Below, in pieces: positions 11,557 through 24,695 of a stretch of 64,000 nt of DNA. Source of the stretch: Chrysomallon squamiferum (lineage: Eukaryota; Animalia; Mollusca); NCBI GenBank assembly GCA_012295275.1, contig CM022678.1, positions 14,074,001 through 14,138,000 on the forward strand, read 5' to 3'. A program made the position numbers and the translations under genes. Numbering within the stretch: the stretch's first letter is position 1; each line of letters opens with the position of its first letter. Below the pieces are notes generated by a model. That model did not search any database. It was not told the origin of the DNA and worked only from the letters and a program-made list of their open reading frames with translations.

Positions 11557-14500
11557 CATTTTTTTACTATAATTGTATTAATTAATATTGTTTAAGTATT
11601 AATTATTAATACTGTATGTCAGTTGATAACAACCCTTATAAATTAATAATAAACTAAATAGTTTGTGATATCATTTAAAATTTATATATATTTTTTTATA
11701 TTAATTATATATTAAATTATATTATATAAAATAATGATAATAATGATAAAAATTACTTTCATTCATAATAATGGAAAAGCTAAATAAAAAGCTTTTATAA
11801 CTATACCAAAAGGATTGTGACTGGTGTGTTGCTTCAGATTTTGAATCAAAGTTTATACTTGATAAATTTTGATGATATACAAAGTCAATAAAATGCAGAC
11901 TGATGTCAAGACCTCAATCTGGCATACTTTGATATTATAATAAAACATAACACTTTGTGATCCATACTGTAACCAGTCAAAGAAGAGAATTTGTCAAATA
12001 AAATATATTTATTAGTAGTCATTTGAGGTTAAAAAGTAATATTAACCCTATTGTTTCCAAACATAACTTAAATGAAATTTCTCCTCTTTCTCATTATAAA
12101 TCTTTTTAAATAACTGAAATATATCCACACAGTAAAGAGATACAGAAAGTCAGTAATGAGCAGTGTTTTTGTGAAACCCCATGGATTGCAAATGTATAGG
12201 AATACAGAACGTCTGCTAAAGATTTTCAAAGCCTTTCTTTTTCTTTATAATTTCCTCTTTTCACCATACATTTTAATCAAACCTAAAGGACGAAACAAAC
12301 AAATATATAAAAAAGTATTATATTTGAGTAATTACAAGTATTTATTGTACTGATTTGTCTTGCATTAAAATATCATTGAATGTATTTTTTTTTTGCAAGA
12401 GTAATAATCTGAGTTGTAGTTTAATGCAAATAATTTTAAATGTAAGAGGAAATCAATACCTTTTTAATGATATTTATTTTAAAATTTTTGGATTGAATAT
12501 TAAGTGAGTCACAAAATATTGAAGTTGGTATGGCCTATGGAGACTACTTTCACATGCTATAGGCATATACTGATATCATATAGACAAATTTCTATCAATT
12601 CTAAACTGAGGTGTTATGTTTATCAAAACTTAACATTATATTGTCCTTTTTGGGATGTCAAAGCCATTCAAAGTTAACCAACCACCTATCCAAAAATATA
12701 TCTAGTTTGTGCTTTCAGTGTCTAAACTACTAGTACATTCACCATTATCTGTATTATATGTTTTTATTTCAGATTTTCAATATGATTATGTGACATGTAA
12801 CTCAGCACTAAAATTGTTAAATACTTACAACCGAGTGCGTCTGCACTCACATGATGTAAAGTATGGCTCTGGAAGTGGCCAGCAGGTTTGTTTATTACAC
12901 TAATTATAATTGTAAAGTGTCAGTGCAATACTTATTTTAAGTGGACAGTTTATGCATAAATAAATAAATAAATAAATAAATATTACTCTTGTATTTTTAA
13001 AAAGTTAAATATTTTGTTAAAACTAATTAGTAATACTAATACTATAATTAAATTTCTTAATTAAATATATCTGAAGTGCATTTATGCTTCAAGCTACTGT
13101 AAAATATTAAAATGGTTATTTATTTCATTATTATTACTTCTAATTTGTTATGTATTTTCTTTTTATCTTTAGTCTGTGACTGGGGTTGATGCTTCAGATG
13201 ATCATAACAGCTATTGGCAGATAAAGGCAAAAACTGGAACAACCTGCATGAGAGGGTATCTGCAATACACATAAATGCATGTGCATTATACAATGCTTCT
13301 TTGGTGTGCGATCTACAACTTGTAGAGCAACCTTTAGTTAATTATATTCCTTTAACAGGAATTGTCGGTTTATAGCTGGCTGATGAAGTAATACAACAGG
13401 TTTGACTTAGCTTGGATCAGAAATGGAATAAATAGGCAAACCCTTAAGATTTTGGCTAAAGATGGCAGTTGCATTTTTATGAAGAAATGTCCTTGTAGAT
13501 GATGAAGAAAATGTTGCCACATGTCATCATGGTAGAGAAATGAAGGAAGCTCAAAGAAAAGGGAAAAACAGCAAAAATTTTATAAATTATAAACTTATAA
13601 TAAAAGTAATGTTTATTTTTTTTTGCTGTGAAAAATAAGAATAAACACAATAATAATTTTTAAAAAGTGTGTAGCTCACACACCAAAGTAGAATTTGCTC
13701 AGTGGATCACTAGATAGAGTAGATCAGTTGCCAAAATAGGACCCATTATGCACATATACATTAATGTGCATGTTGTATAACTACACCATAAATATTTAAC
13801 TAGAAATAAGAGTAATGAAATAGAATTATTCTAATTTATTAATTAGGGAAATACTATATATATATATATATATATATATACTAAGCTATATGAAAGGGCT
13901 TTTTTGGTATCAGATTCAGTGGAAAATACTCTCATGATGAACATAAATATTTATGACTGAATATTTTCCTAACATTGTGGTTATGTAACACACTACAGTA
14001 TTTTTTCATTTTAAAATTTTTAAGGGTTCTCAGTCAGTAGCACAAATTCATACTGCAAACTTGACAAACAACAAACAGCTAACTAGAAATTATTATTTTT
14101 TTGTTAGAAAATGCAGACAGAAGCTAAGACAATTTGGTAGTTTTATTGCAATGTCTGTTTGTAACAGAATAATTGAAATGAGTGTCAACTGTGTGCAAGT
14201 ATCTAAAATGATGGATTTTCTGCACATGGAGAGAATTCTGTTAATATATATATATTTATGGTCTGCTGAATTAATTTTAAATTAGTTAAACATCTTCAGC
14301 AGTGGGTAGAAACTAATAAAACGTGATGGCCTGTGCAACAATCAGTAAGTCATAATATGAATTTGTGCATAATAAGTAACACTGATAATGTATGTACTTG
14401 TGTCTAGTCGTACAGTTAGATAATTTTATTCTGTTTTTTCACTTTTTTCAAACTAGCACTCCTATTAAATGTGGTCAGACAGTTCGACTGATGCATCTTT

Positions 14501-15701
14501 CAACAAGACGTAATTTACACAGCCATCACTTTCAGTCTCCACTGTCAAGAAATCTTGAGGTCAGTGCATTTGGAGAAGATGGTGAAGGAGATGAAGGTTG
14601 GTACATGAAATTCCAGAGCAGATGCATTTATATGAAAGCAAATCTTGGAATTTTTCTGATTTTTGGACTGTAGGAGACTGGGATTTACAAATGTAGTTAT
14701 ACCTGATCTACAGAATCAATGGGAGGTTTATTTTAATATTTTCATGTGAGACAGTGTGCACATTAAATAATTTTTTTAGGTACAGTGTTATGTTTTTATT
14801 TTATTTTGTTTTTTATTATGCAAACTGATATATGTTAAAAAAAATTCCAAATTGTAGGAGATAACTGGGTGATTGTTTGTTCTGGACAGCACTGGATGAG
14901 ATCTGAAAAAGTGAGAATTAAAAATGTTGTTACAGGACAGTAAGTGTTTTTGAACATTCTAAAAAATTATTTTGCTAATAACATGACAATAGTATCAATG
15001 TATCTTTAACAAGACAATAAAACAAGGCTTGGATATAAAATTTCATTCTAAAATTTCATCCTTTTGAAATATTATTTGTTATATTTTATAATTTTATTTA
15101 CAGTTTTATGCCAAAAAAGAACAGAAAATGGAAATTATATCTCTAAAATAAAACAAAAAATAAATTTGTAACTAGTCAACTGATTCAAAATATATTTCAC
15201 ATTTAAATTGTTTCATAAATTTTTTAGTATTAGTATGTGATCAAAAACCTGTTGCAAAATTTTAGTCAAATAGTCTGTGTATCAGTGGGTATGATGAGTT
15301 TATTACTAAACTGTGGTAGAAAAGTTTAACAAATGTCATTCTGTGAAAATTTGTATTGACAGTTGTTGCTCTCTATCTTGCTCACTAGCATAATAAAAGA
15401 TATTTGTTCTGGGGAAGCTTTCCTGGATGCTTGTAATTTATTTATATCTGGTGTATTTCAGTGAATTATTTATGTGTACCAGTCCATATTGGAATAAAGT
15501 GTTTATTTTTTCATCTGTAGCTATCTACATGTTACTGGTGATTCCTTTGGACGCCCAATCCATGGTCAGAGGGAGATAAGTGGATATTCCTCACCAAATG
15601 AGATGAACTATTGGCAGGCAGCAGAAGGAATCTTTATCAAACCATCCCCTGATCCAAACACTGGGAAGGTCCCTGATGTTCATCTACATACAGAATTATA
15701 A
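10766..15701 (+). CDS. SDF2: Stromal cell-derived factor 2 (SDF2/SDF2L1 family; MIR-domain ER-lumenal protein), 6 exons, 226 aa
   Basis: Manual splicing join(10766..10847,12773..12885,13173..13255,14457..14596,14858..14939,15521..15701) = 681 nt. All introns are GT-AG and the phases are consistent. Signal peptide, motifs RLHSHDVKYGSGSGQQSVTG, NSYWQI, RRNLHSHHFQSPLS, EVSAFGEDGEGD and GRPIHGQREI, and a C-terminal HTEL. Confidence 0.95.
12773..12885 (+). CDS. SDF2: SDF2 exon 2
   Basis: tttcag|ATTTTCAA...; encodes FQYDYVTCNSALKLLNTYNRVRLHSHDVKYGSGSGQQ; donor cag|gtttgt. Confidence 0.95.
13173..13255 (+). CDS. SDF2: SDF2 exon 3
   Basis: ctttag|TCTGTG...; encodes SVTGVDASDDHNSYWQIKAKTGTTCMRG; donor gg|gtatct. 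Confidence 0.93.
13293..13694. mobile_element. MITE (copy A) in SDF2 intron 3
   Basis: Imperfect ~24-bp TIRs atgcttctttggtgtgcgatctac / gtagctcacacaccaaagtagaat. The internal sequence (tttgacttagcttggatcagaaatgg..aataggcaaacccttaagat) is shared with 58278-58763. Confidence 0.75.
14457..14596 (+). CDS. SDF2: SDF2 exon 4
   Basis: aactag|CACTCC...; encodes TPIKCGQTVRLMHLSTRRNLHSHHFQSPLSRNLEVSAFGEDGEGDE; donor g|gttggt. Confidence 0.95.
14858..14939 (+). CDS. SDF2: SDF2 exon 5
   Basis: ttgtag|GAGATAAC...; encodes DNWVIVCSGQHWMRSEKVRIKNVVTG; donor ca|gtaagt. Confidence 0.93.
15521..15701 (+). CDS. SDF2: SDF2 exon 6 (terminal, HTEL)
   Basis: ctgtag|CTATCTA...; encodes YLHVTGDSFGRPIHGQREISG...NYWQAAEGIFIKP...HLHTEL then TAA. 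Confidence 0.93.
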
Positions 15702-18700
15702 TACTCGTGTTATTTAGGTTTTGCTTCATCTATTTATTTCTCACATTTGTTTCCAAGTTTATTTTTTGTTGTTTTTATAGTTTTGTACTGTATTAAAAAA
15801 CAGTTTTCATAGTTTGATTGCTGTGTGAGATGGATATTACTTTGGTTCTGTTTTCTGTTTTGTAAGTTTACTGTATGTTTTGTGACTTAATAGATGACAA
15901 AACGACTGATATTGAAAGACATAATATAAATAGTGTAATAAAAATAGTTATCAGTTGATGAAGATATATTTAAAGAGCAGTGTTGGGATAATACTGAAGG
16001 TTTATTTTAATTTTAAATTAAAGTGCAGAAAAATCTTTAAATAAATCATTTGTGTTTTAAATGTCTATTGTTTTAATGTTAACAGATTTGTATATAAAAG
16101 TCTATATTGTAAACATGTACTAAAATGTGTGTTTGGGTGTGTGTATACAAAGTTATACATATAACTATATGTTTATTATTTCTTTGTGTGTTGTATATGT
16201 TTGTGGGTCCGTGTTAAACCATTAAGTGTCCAGAAACTATAACATTATTTAATAAGAAAAATCTCATCTTTGTCCAAACAAGTGTAATTATTACAACAAA
16301 TATTTGGAAAGCATAAGCATAGAATTTATTATTATTATTATCCTTCTTGTTGTTATTTAAGTTCTACTTTCAATTTACTATTTTTGCTTGTGTAAAATTG
16401 TTTTACAATGCAGTTTTTTCTTCCCAGTTCATATACATATTGGTATTTGTACACTGTATAGTATTATCAGTTACAGGAACACAGTTGCCTAAATATATCA
16501 TCATAGATTTTGAATGTTATTCTTAAGTATAACAATATTAATGAATGAGTGTATCATATAACAAAAATTAGTATTTTTGAAAGGTTTTTTATGTCAGAGA
16601 ATAATAAGAAATGAAACTATGATTTTATTGTCATATATTGTTATGATGGGAGTTGATCTTGGCAGTTCATGAACTGTATTCAGGATATTTGTTACCCTCA
16701 GTATGGGATAAAAAGAAGGAAAAAAACAACCATCTGCAAGATTTAGACACATAGATGTTTTTGTTAATTCCTTGTATGTAATTGGATTTTTCAATTACAT
16801 ATATTGTTCTTCGGATTATTTATATTATTATTATTATTATTAATCTTGTAAAGTACATTCTTAATGTAGGATTTTCATGTCATAAAGTTTCAAATTTGGT
16901 ATATATTTTACATTAGCTTATAATGTCCAGAGTGTAGAACTAAAGGATTATCACTTTATTTTTTTCATGTATTTTCTATTTGTTATATTTTTACACTGAC
17001 ACAGAGATTCTCAGCTATGCAGTTATACACCAATCTGTGTACAATGTTGTTCTCTTAAGTGTCAGTATAGAATGCACCAAGCAGATGAATGAATGTATCT
17101 TGGAAACATGGGACCAGAAATAAATGTTCAGAATAAAAGTATTTAAAAACAGTTAAGTGTTTTATTAATTCATTTATAAAATAAAAATGTTCCATAATTT
17201 TATTTATGACTTTTTTTCTTTTTTTTTTTTTCTTTTTTTTCTCCAATTATATCATCTAGTCATGATGTAACATGATTGTGATGTCACCAACATGGACTCT
17301 TACAGATAACAGTCAAAAAGTTTACTAAGCTTTTTCACATTTTATAAAGCTAAAAAGTTATTTTTTAGTATTCAGAATTAGATTTTATATTAATTGTAAC
17401 TTTTATCAAATACTATTTTGGTTATCATTGTTTTCTTTGTCAATAATATTTATTATTACTATTATTATTTTTAAGATTTAAATGTTTATTTAAATTTGAA
17501 CTAGTAACACACCACCAATATATATGTAAGTGGATTAATGAACCAAACCCTGTGAAACATAGTATTTAAAACATATTGTGAAAAATTGCATGTCAGGAAA
17601 TTGATACATATTTAGAGATCTTTGTAACTAGGATCTAAGTATGTTGGAGGGATGTGTGTTTCATGTTTTGGTTATAAGGAATTAGTTAAAATGTCACTTG
17701 GTTAGTTTTTATTCCATTTTTATAGTTATCCCTAATGGACAGATTGTCTACTCTGTTTCAAACACTAAGTAATCTCATGAATGTCAGTCTTGTATGACGT
17801 TAATAGTCATTATTCTCTGCTAACTAACAGTGGTGCATTGATTAGTTTAACATCTGGTTCTTGTTTTATATCTCAGCATCCATATTTAATGTTAGTTCAA
17901 AAATTAATTTTTCTTTGAAGATTTATGTGAATTTATCAAATTTTGTTATTATTATTATAACTTCATTTTTATCTTTGGTAACTCTTGCTGTTTAATCATT
18001 TGGTTACTGCCTGACCAACGATGAAGATGGGTATAGTGAAAAATAAATCTGAGTAAACAAAAAAATTAAATATTAAATGATCTGTTTTTAATGTCTGTTT
18101 GCCATTAAACATTTGTAATAAAAGTAAAATAACAAAGTTATTCAGTTACCTTTTTATTTTGATAATTATATTTGCAGAAGATAATGACTTCAGATATTTT
18201 CCCCATAACAATATTCTCTGTTAGTTCATCTTTTTCTGACTGTTATAAAATATGGTCCATTTTCATATTTATACTTCGTATTTCAGTGGACACTTTAAAA
18301 GTGCACAGACCTAATAAATTAAAGGGATGTGACTATTAATAGTTTCTTTGATGTAAATAGTTGTCAGATTTGTGTTTCTTTTTTTAACCTCCAGGGAATT
18401 CTTCAACTGGATTACTATTTGACTTTTTAACACATTTTATATACTGTTATTGATGTTGAAATGTTGTTGGAATTGGAGGTTCCTAAGACATATTAAAATA
18501 ATTGTAGATTAATATATCTTTTCAATAATGTTGGTTATTTACTTCTTTCCTTTTCAAGCTTTTTCTAAGAAAATATGATTATTGTGTGTATTTATGGCAG
18601 TTTTTAAATCACAGTTTATAAATCTGCATAAGTTATCCTGTAACGATTACAAAAACCATCTGGTCAGTATAAGTGCATGTCTTCCATGCGAGTTTGTACC

Positions 18701-19566
18701 GTTAATATCTTATAATTAACAAGCAATCATTAATACCTTAAAGAGTTCGTATTGACAGTTCATTATGTTATTTTTTCTATTTTTAATTCGTAACAAATTT
18801 AGTCAAGAATAAAATCCTTTTCTACTGAGAGAAATTCATCATCCTTAATATTAAATTAGTACTCATTATGATTTTAAACTGACATATTCCAGCCGAATTT
18901 GTAACAGCAGCGGTTTGAAAATACAAACATTTACATGTATGATCGTATGTGCAATATCAGGAATGGGATTTGCTGAAAGAGAGGGAAAAAATCTATTTTT
19001 AATATTTTCATTTTCGCTGTCTTTAAGGATGTCTTTGTAAATGTAACCTTCATCATGCCTATACTATTGAAAAATCATGTGAATATCCTAATTGTAATTT
19101 CTTGACAAATTAAAAGCCACATACACAATAATGGATGTCGGAGATTAATTTTGATTAATTTTGATCATTAAAATGTTTTATTTAATATCTAATTATATAT
19201 ATATTATTTGTGAAGTGAATATAATTTGTTAAATGTTAAAGTTATTTGCTTCATATGTGCTCTTTATTCTGGTGTCGTCTGTCAGATTTGTTTACTTTTA
19301 AAATGTGCAGGGAATTCGACGATATTTCTTTTCGTTTTTTGTTTCTTGAAATATCTACGTTAATATTGTCTGCTTTCAGAAGTATATGTATTCACTATTA
19401 TCAAATATAAGCATTTGTATTAGAGGCAAAAATTATGAGATTACATCTGAAAAATATCTTAGGTATATGAAGGTATATGCTGACCATATATTATATTATA
19501 TCTTTACCTTTCTTTTTCTTATTATATATATGTGAAGAAAAAGGGATTTTTTTTTACTACCATTGA

Positions 19567-19600
<34 letters not shown>

Positions 19601-19666
19601 ATATATATATATATATATATATTGTGTTCAGGTGGAATAATATGAATAACGGACAAAAACAAGATG

Positions 19667-20695
19667 TCAAACGAAAGATGATTGGTCAAGTGAGTGCGTC
19701 ATAAAACAGAATATTTTCGTGAACGTTTTTCGAAATCTCCTACTGAAGAAGGAATAGAGATAAAAGTTAACTGAGGCGTTGATTTGAACGAGCAGATTAC
19801 AAATATTTCCTGCTATTTTGATATCACTTTCAGAAACGTTATCCTCCATGTACGATTTATACAGCAACAGTACCGTCCACGGCAGCTGGCAGACAAGAAA
19901 TATTATCACTATGGTAACCAACATCAATGTTACTTTGTTCTCCTCGCGTGAATTTTTGACGTTTCCTGAATTATTCTGAAGAAGAATGGAGCGCTTCTTT
20001 TTGGCTCTGAGGAGTGATCGTATTAACAACGAATTAAAGATAATGAGAAAAACAAAAGGCACAAACGTAAAGAGCGTCACATACCACCAATTATATCCAA
20101 TCTCGTAAGAAGTGCTGCTGGCTAAATCAGTATATTTACATTCCCATCTTCCATACGTTGACCGTTTTATCGTCAGTTCAAACAGCCCAGGGATGGTATT
20201 ACCCGTACAAAACACAAACGCCAGAAACGAAGCAACTCTGGCCTTGGTAACTGTACACCAAACCTTGCCTTTCATTGGGTGACAGACTGCAACGTAGCGC
20301 TCTATTGTGAATATTACAGTAATCCAAACAGCTATATTCCCCGCTGTGTTTGAAATCACTCTGCCGTAGGGGATGAACCGAAGAGCGGTATAATCCTGCC
20401 CTTCATCAGAACAACGTACGAAAGACAGAACGAATGAAAACACAAGGTAGAATGTATCGGCGAAAGCTAGAACCATGATGTATACGTTTGTTGACGTCCG
20501 CATCGTCGGATGACTTAGTACCACGATATTGAGGATGTTTCCCAGCAACCCGATTGTGACTATGATTGGTACAAGTATTGTTTGTACAATGAATCGGGTA
20601 AGCACAAGAGCCTGAGGTATTGTATTATTTCCTATCCGAGAATCCATGGTGGTTGAGTTGAACATTCTGGAAACATATTCATCATTGGCCGACAT
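19667..20695 (-). CDS. Rhodopsin-like (class A) neuropeptide GPCR, FMRFamide-receptor-like
   Basis: 342 aa with seven hydrophobic segments and the motifs GNILN (TM1), LAFAD (TM2), IERYVAVCHP (TM3), FLVCQLP (TM6) and NASVNFYLY (TM7). In-frame stop just upstream of the ATG; candidate 5'UTR acceptor at ~20778. Confidence 0.9.
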   Translation of the reverse strand: MSANDEYVSRMFNSTTMDSRIGNNTIPQALVLTRFIVQTILVPIIVTIGLLGNILNIVVLSHPTMRTSTNVYIMVLAFADTFYLVFSFVLSFVRCSDEGQDYTALRFIPYGRVISNTAGNIAVWITVIFTIERYVAVCHPMKGKVWCTVTKARVASFLAFVFCTGNTIPGLFELTIKRSTYGRWECKYTDLASSTSYEIGYNWWYVTLFTFVPFVFLIIFNSLLIRSLLRAKKKRSILLQNNSGNVKNSREENKVTLMLVTIVIIFLVCQLPWTVLLLYKSYMEDNVSESDIKIAGNICNLLVQINASVNFYLYSFFSRRFRKTFTKIFCFMTHSLDQSSFV

Positions 20696-23600
20696 TGTCC
20701 GAAATTAGGTAACGTTTTACTAGCTTTCCAGGGAACACAATGTTAAGCATACTGTGGTGTCCGCATCAAATAACATTCTGAAATAAAACAGAAGAGTTAC
20801 CAAAAACATAATCAGAATAATTAAATTTATAATTTCATCAATGATAAGATCTTAGGATTTCTTAAACGAGATAAACTATTTCAAGTTTGACATTAATCTT
20901 GTCCCAGTCATTGTTTTTATTTACAACTTTTTAAGTAGTAATTATGAAGGCACTAGTTGCTATGGCGCGGCCCCCCTCTCTCTTATTTTATTTTTATTTT
21001 TTTTGCAACAAAACCTAATTGGGAAATGACTGATTGTCGAGATATAAAGATATAATTATACTGATGTTAGCAAGAAACAGCTCATATAGCATATTCAAAA
21101 GCATATTTCAAAATATATTAAACAAACAAATGAACTTGTGAAACAGTTTATTCAAATGTTACTTAAGAAAATTGTTATCACTTGTTAAATACTTGATTTT
21201 TGAAACCTTGTGCAGAACGGATTATGAATTGTAGAGTATTTATTGGACAGTCGTTTAATAATCATCGCGCACTAAATTCTAGTTTGTTTGTTTTTAAAAT
21301 ATGCAGTACTCTGGTTTGAATGAAATTTTGAATTAAATAATTATTTTACGCCTTATCTCTAAGCATTATTCAGGATGACTGAGTGTAGCACGATTAACTT
21401 CTGAAAAAAATCACTGCACTAATCTGCTTATTGGCACATGGATATTTACAGTCTTTCTTACTATGATTATCCGTTTTGAAAAAAAGAAACATTATTCGAG
21501 TCGAGTATCGAACACAGATTTTATTTAGTGTTTTCTGAATAAATATAATTTTTAAACAACAAGAACAATAAATAAATAAATAAACAAACTACACTTATTT
21601 TAAATAATATTTTACATAAGTTTTTATTATCCATTAATTCAGTCTTTTCACGGAAGTTTAACCTTTTTCTTCAGAAAACCAGGCCGCCATCATTGTTATA
21701 CATTTATCAAAATGAAATGGATGTCTTTATAAAGAAGTTAAGTAAAAAAAAAAAGAAAAGGAATAAGATATGGCAGAATTAAGACAATAGAAAGAACGCT
21801 ACATGGTCGGGAATAAGACACTTATCTGCTGTTTGCATATACAGAATGAACTCATCCACGATAACACGAAGAAAAGATCCAATGTTACAAAAAAGAAGAA
21901 TCGGGGATCGAAAATATATAAATACGGTTCTTTAGCTTTCTGACAGGTAGGGAGATATATGTGTTTATGAAAGGGTTAAATTATATCTAAATATTTTTAT
22001 ATTTTCAACTTAAAAACATACAATATACAGTAGTAAAATACTATTTATATTACTTAGAACTTAGAAGAGTAATGGATTATGTCTATCAATTACGTCTATC
22101 AGTTGCACACTAATGAGAAGAGAACAGACGTTTTTAATTATTTTAAGAGATAAACACTTTAATATAAATTTGCTACAATATCAACACTTTCTGAAAGATA
22201 AAAAAAATTATAATCAGGTCTTAGTGAGGTGTATTAAAATTCAAGGTCCAAGCGATAAATATAAATAAGCATTTTTTAAACAACTGGATTCAGTTATAGA
22301 GAAAACTGTAAATGCATCATGTATAGTAAATGGAGACTGGAATTTAATCTTAGACAAACATGTAGATATAATAAATAAACAATCCAAAAGCTCTAAACGA
22401 AGTTTTAAATCTAATCGAAGAATATAATTTAGTGGATATTTGGCGATATCAACATCCAGTAGTAAAAGATTAAATGATAAACGTGGCAGAAAAAACCTAC
22501 GTAAACAAAGTCGTCTATGTTTTATATTAGTGAATATTTTTTAACTTGTCTATGCAATACATCTATAGAAACTGATCATAAATGATCACTCATGTCAAAC
22601 ATTGAAATTAAATAATGATGGAAATAAGAGGCAAAACAACTGCCATTGCATCTAAGAAAAAAAAAAAAAAAAACAGCAAGAAATAGGAAAAGCTATAAGA
22701 AAAAAAAAAAAAAAAACATGGATTTTCTGCTTAGCCAAAGGAGAGACGACACTTCTTTAGAAAAAAATCTTTGTAATCTAAAAATCAACTAGAAGCTCAC
22801 AGGAAAGAAAAACTGAAAGTTGTTTTTATTACGCCTTGAGCTCGATATGTAGAACACGGAGAAAAGCTTCAAAATATTTTTGTAGCTTAGAAAAGTGAAA
22901 TTATGTGACAAAATCATTAACTGTATTAATGGACAAAGAAAATAACCTATTACAAAAACAAAAACAAATTGAGGAAGAAGTATTAGTTTTCTATAAAACA
23001 TGTCCTAATCAAGACAATAATCTGAATAATATAGATTTAGACAGAATACTAAATAACTGTAGAGTAGCCTGACTAAATGATAATATGTCAAAATTCCTAG
23101 AGGGAACTTATAAAGAAGATACTAACGATTTAACAAAAATGAATAAATTAAGTCACCGGAAACAGACGGATATACACTGTGAAATTTATCAAATTCTTTT
23201 ATAAGAAGTTTACAACTGGGATATCAGCTTGGTAAGTTATCAGATTCAAAAACAAAGAAAGATAAGGAAAAAGAATATATTAAGAATTGGAGACCAGAAT
23301 CACTCCTAAACACTATTTACAAATAAGGGTCAGAGGCTGTTGCAGAAAGAGTATAATCCGTCATCCCATCAATAGCATTCCAGATATCAAAATGAATCTG
23401 TGCATGGCAGATCAGTAGATAATAATATTAATATACTACATTATACAAACACACAAAATAAACCTGGAAAGTTTATTAATTGTAGAATATGGAAAAGCTT
23501 TTGATACAATTTCGTGGAATTTTCTTTTAAAAAGTTTGAGTTTATTTTAGTCTGAGGTCTCGATTCAGAGATTGATGTAGACCTTTTGAATCCTGTTTAT

Positions 23601-23724
23601 ATCTATAATAGTAAGATCACTGAACGCTACAAATTTAGGATTAGACAAAGATACATTATTTCCCTATATTTTTATTTTAGATCCTTGGAATCATGGTAAC
23701 AGGTAATAAAGATGTACACAGGAA

Positions 23725-23938
23725 CAGGGCCTCCAAAAGAAATTTTGCAAGGCGGTACAAGATCCCTTTGGGTCAAAGATTTTTCTCAAAATTGAGGATT
23801 TGATGTCCAGTAAATCTACATATCAACTCTAAAATATGCGTTGTTTCAATGATCAGATATAACGTAATGTAGCAATTAATTAATGCAGTGTTGCTGTGGT
23901 GCCCTTCTTAACGCTTGCACCCCCTCTCTTAGGCCCTG
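23725..23938. mobile_element. 214-bp hAT-type MITE nested in the LINE
   Basis: Termini CAGGGCCT...AGGCCCTG; 8-bp TSD cacaggaa / cacgggaa (1 mismatch). Confidence 0.75.
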
Positions 23939-24524
23939 CACGGGAATGAGTTAAATGGCATGAATCTTAAAAATTTCAGTTTGTTGACGACACAACATTG
24001 TTATTAGACTAGTGTGATAAAATTCTTACAGCATCTGTGGAAACACTGGACTATTTTAACAATACATCTGTTCTTAAAGATAAAACAAATATATTGCAAA
24101 CATTACAGAAAAAAATGTTTTTAAAATGTAAAATAAAATGAACTACAGAATTTACAATACAGTACGGATTTCCAGGATCTCTGTGAAATATATGAATTAA
24201 AAACTATAATGCAAAGTTGAATGAGGTTCAAGGCTGCTTGAAAAGTTTAAGCTTTTCAAAATTTGTTCATCGTTTTTCATCACTGCCAAATCCAAAATTT
24301 TCTTTCTCTAAAAACCTGCTTGTTTCAGTTCATTGCGAATAAAAAGGATTAAACATTTATCCAGGATTATCAAAATGGATGTTTAAATCGTTTCAATTTA
24401 CCTATATATGTTTTTACGACTTTTGTCAGTTACTTTCTTTTATCTTCCGGCGAATCACGCGCAGCTCATTAATAGTTGTAAACAGAAAACATTATTTTAA
24501 AATTTAAAAGTTTTTGCTTTTAAA

Positions 24525-24695
24525 ATGGCAAATGCTTCTCCTGCTAAGAAAAAAAAAGGAAAATTGAACGAGGGAATGCGAGTGTTCCAAGAAAAGTGGG
24601 AATTACAGCATTTTTAAACAACAGTTAACGGAAAGAAACATTGCTTAATTTGCGACAATTACATCGCCACGCCAAAAGAGTACATTATGAAACGA
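24525..24695 (+). pseudogene. hAT transposase N-terminal fragment (SPIN/GTF2IRD2-like)
   Basis: Translates MANASPAKKKKGKLNEGMRVFQEKWELQHF*TTVNGKKHCLICDNYIATPKEYIMKR, matching the RVFxxxW...CLIC...KEYNLKRH pattern. Contains an internal stop. Confidence 0.65.
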
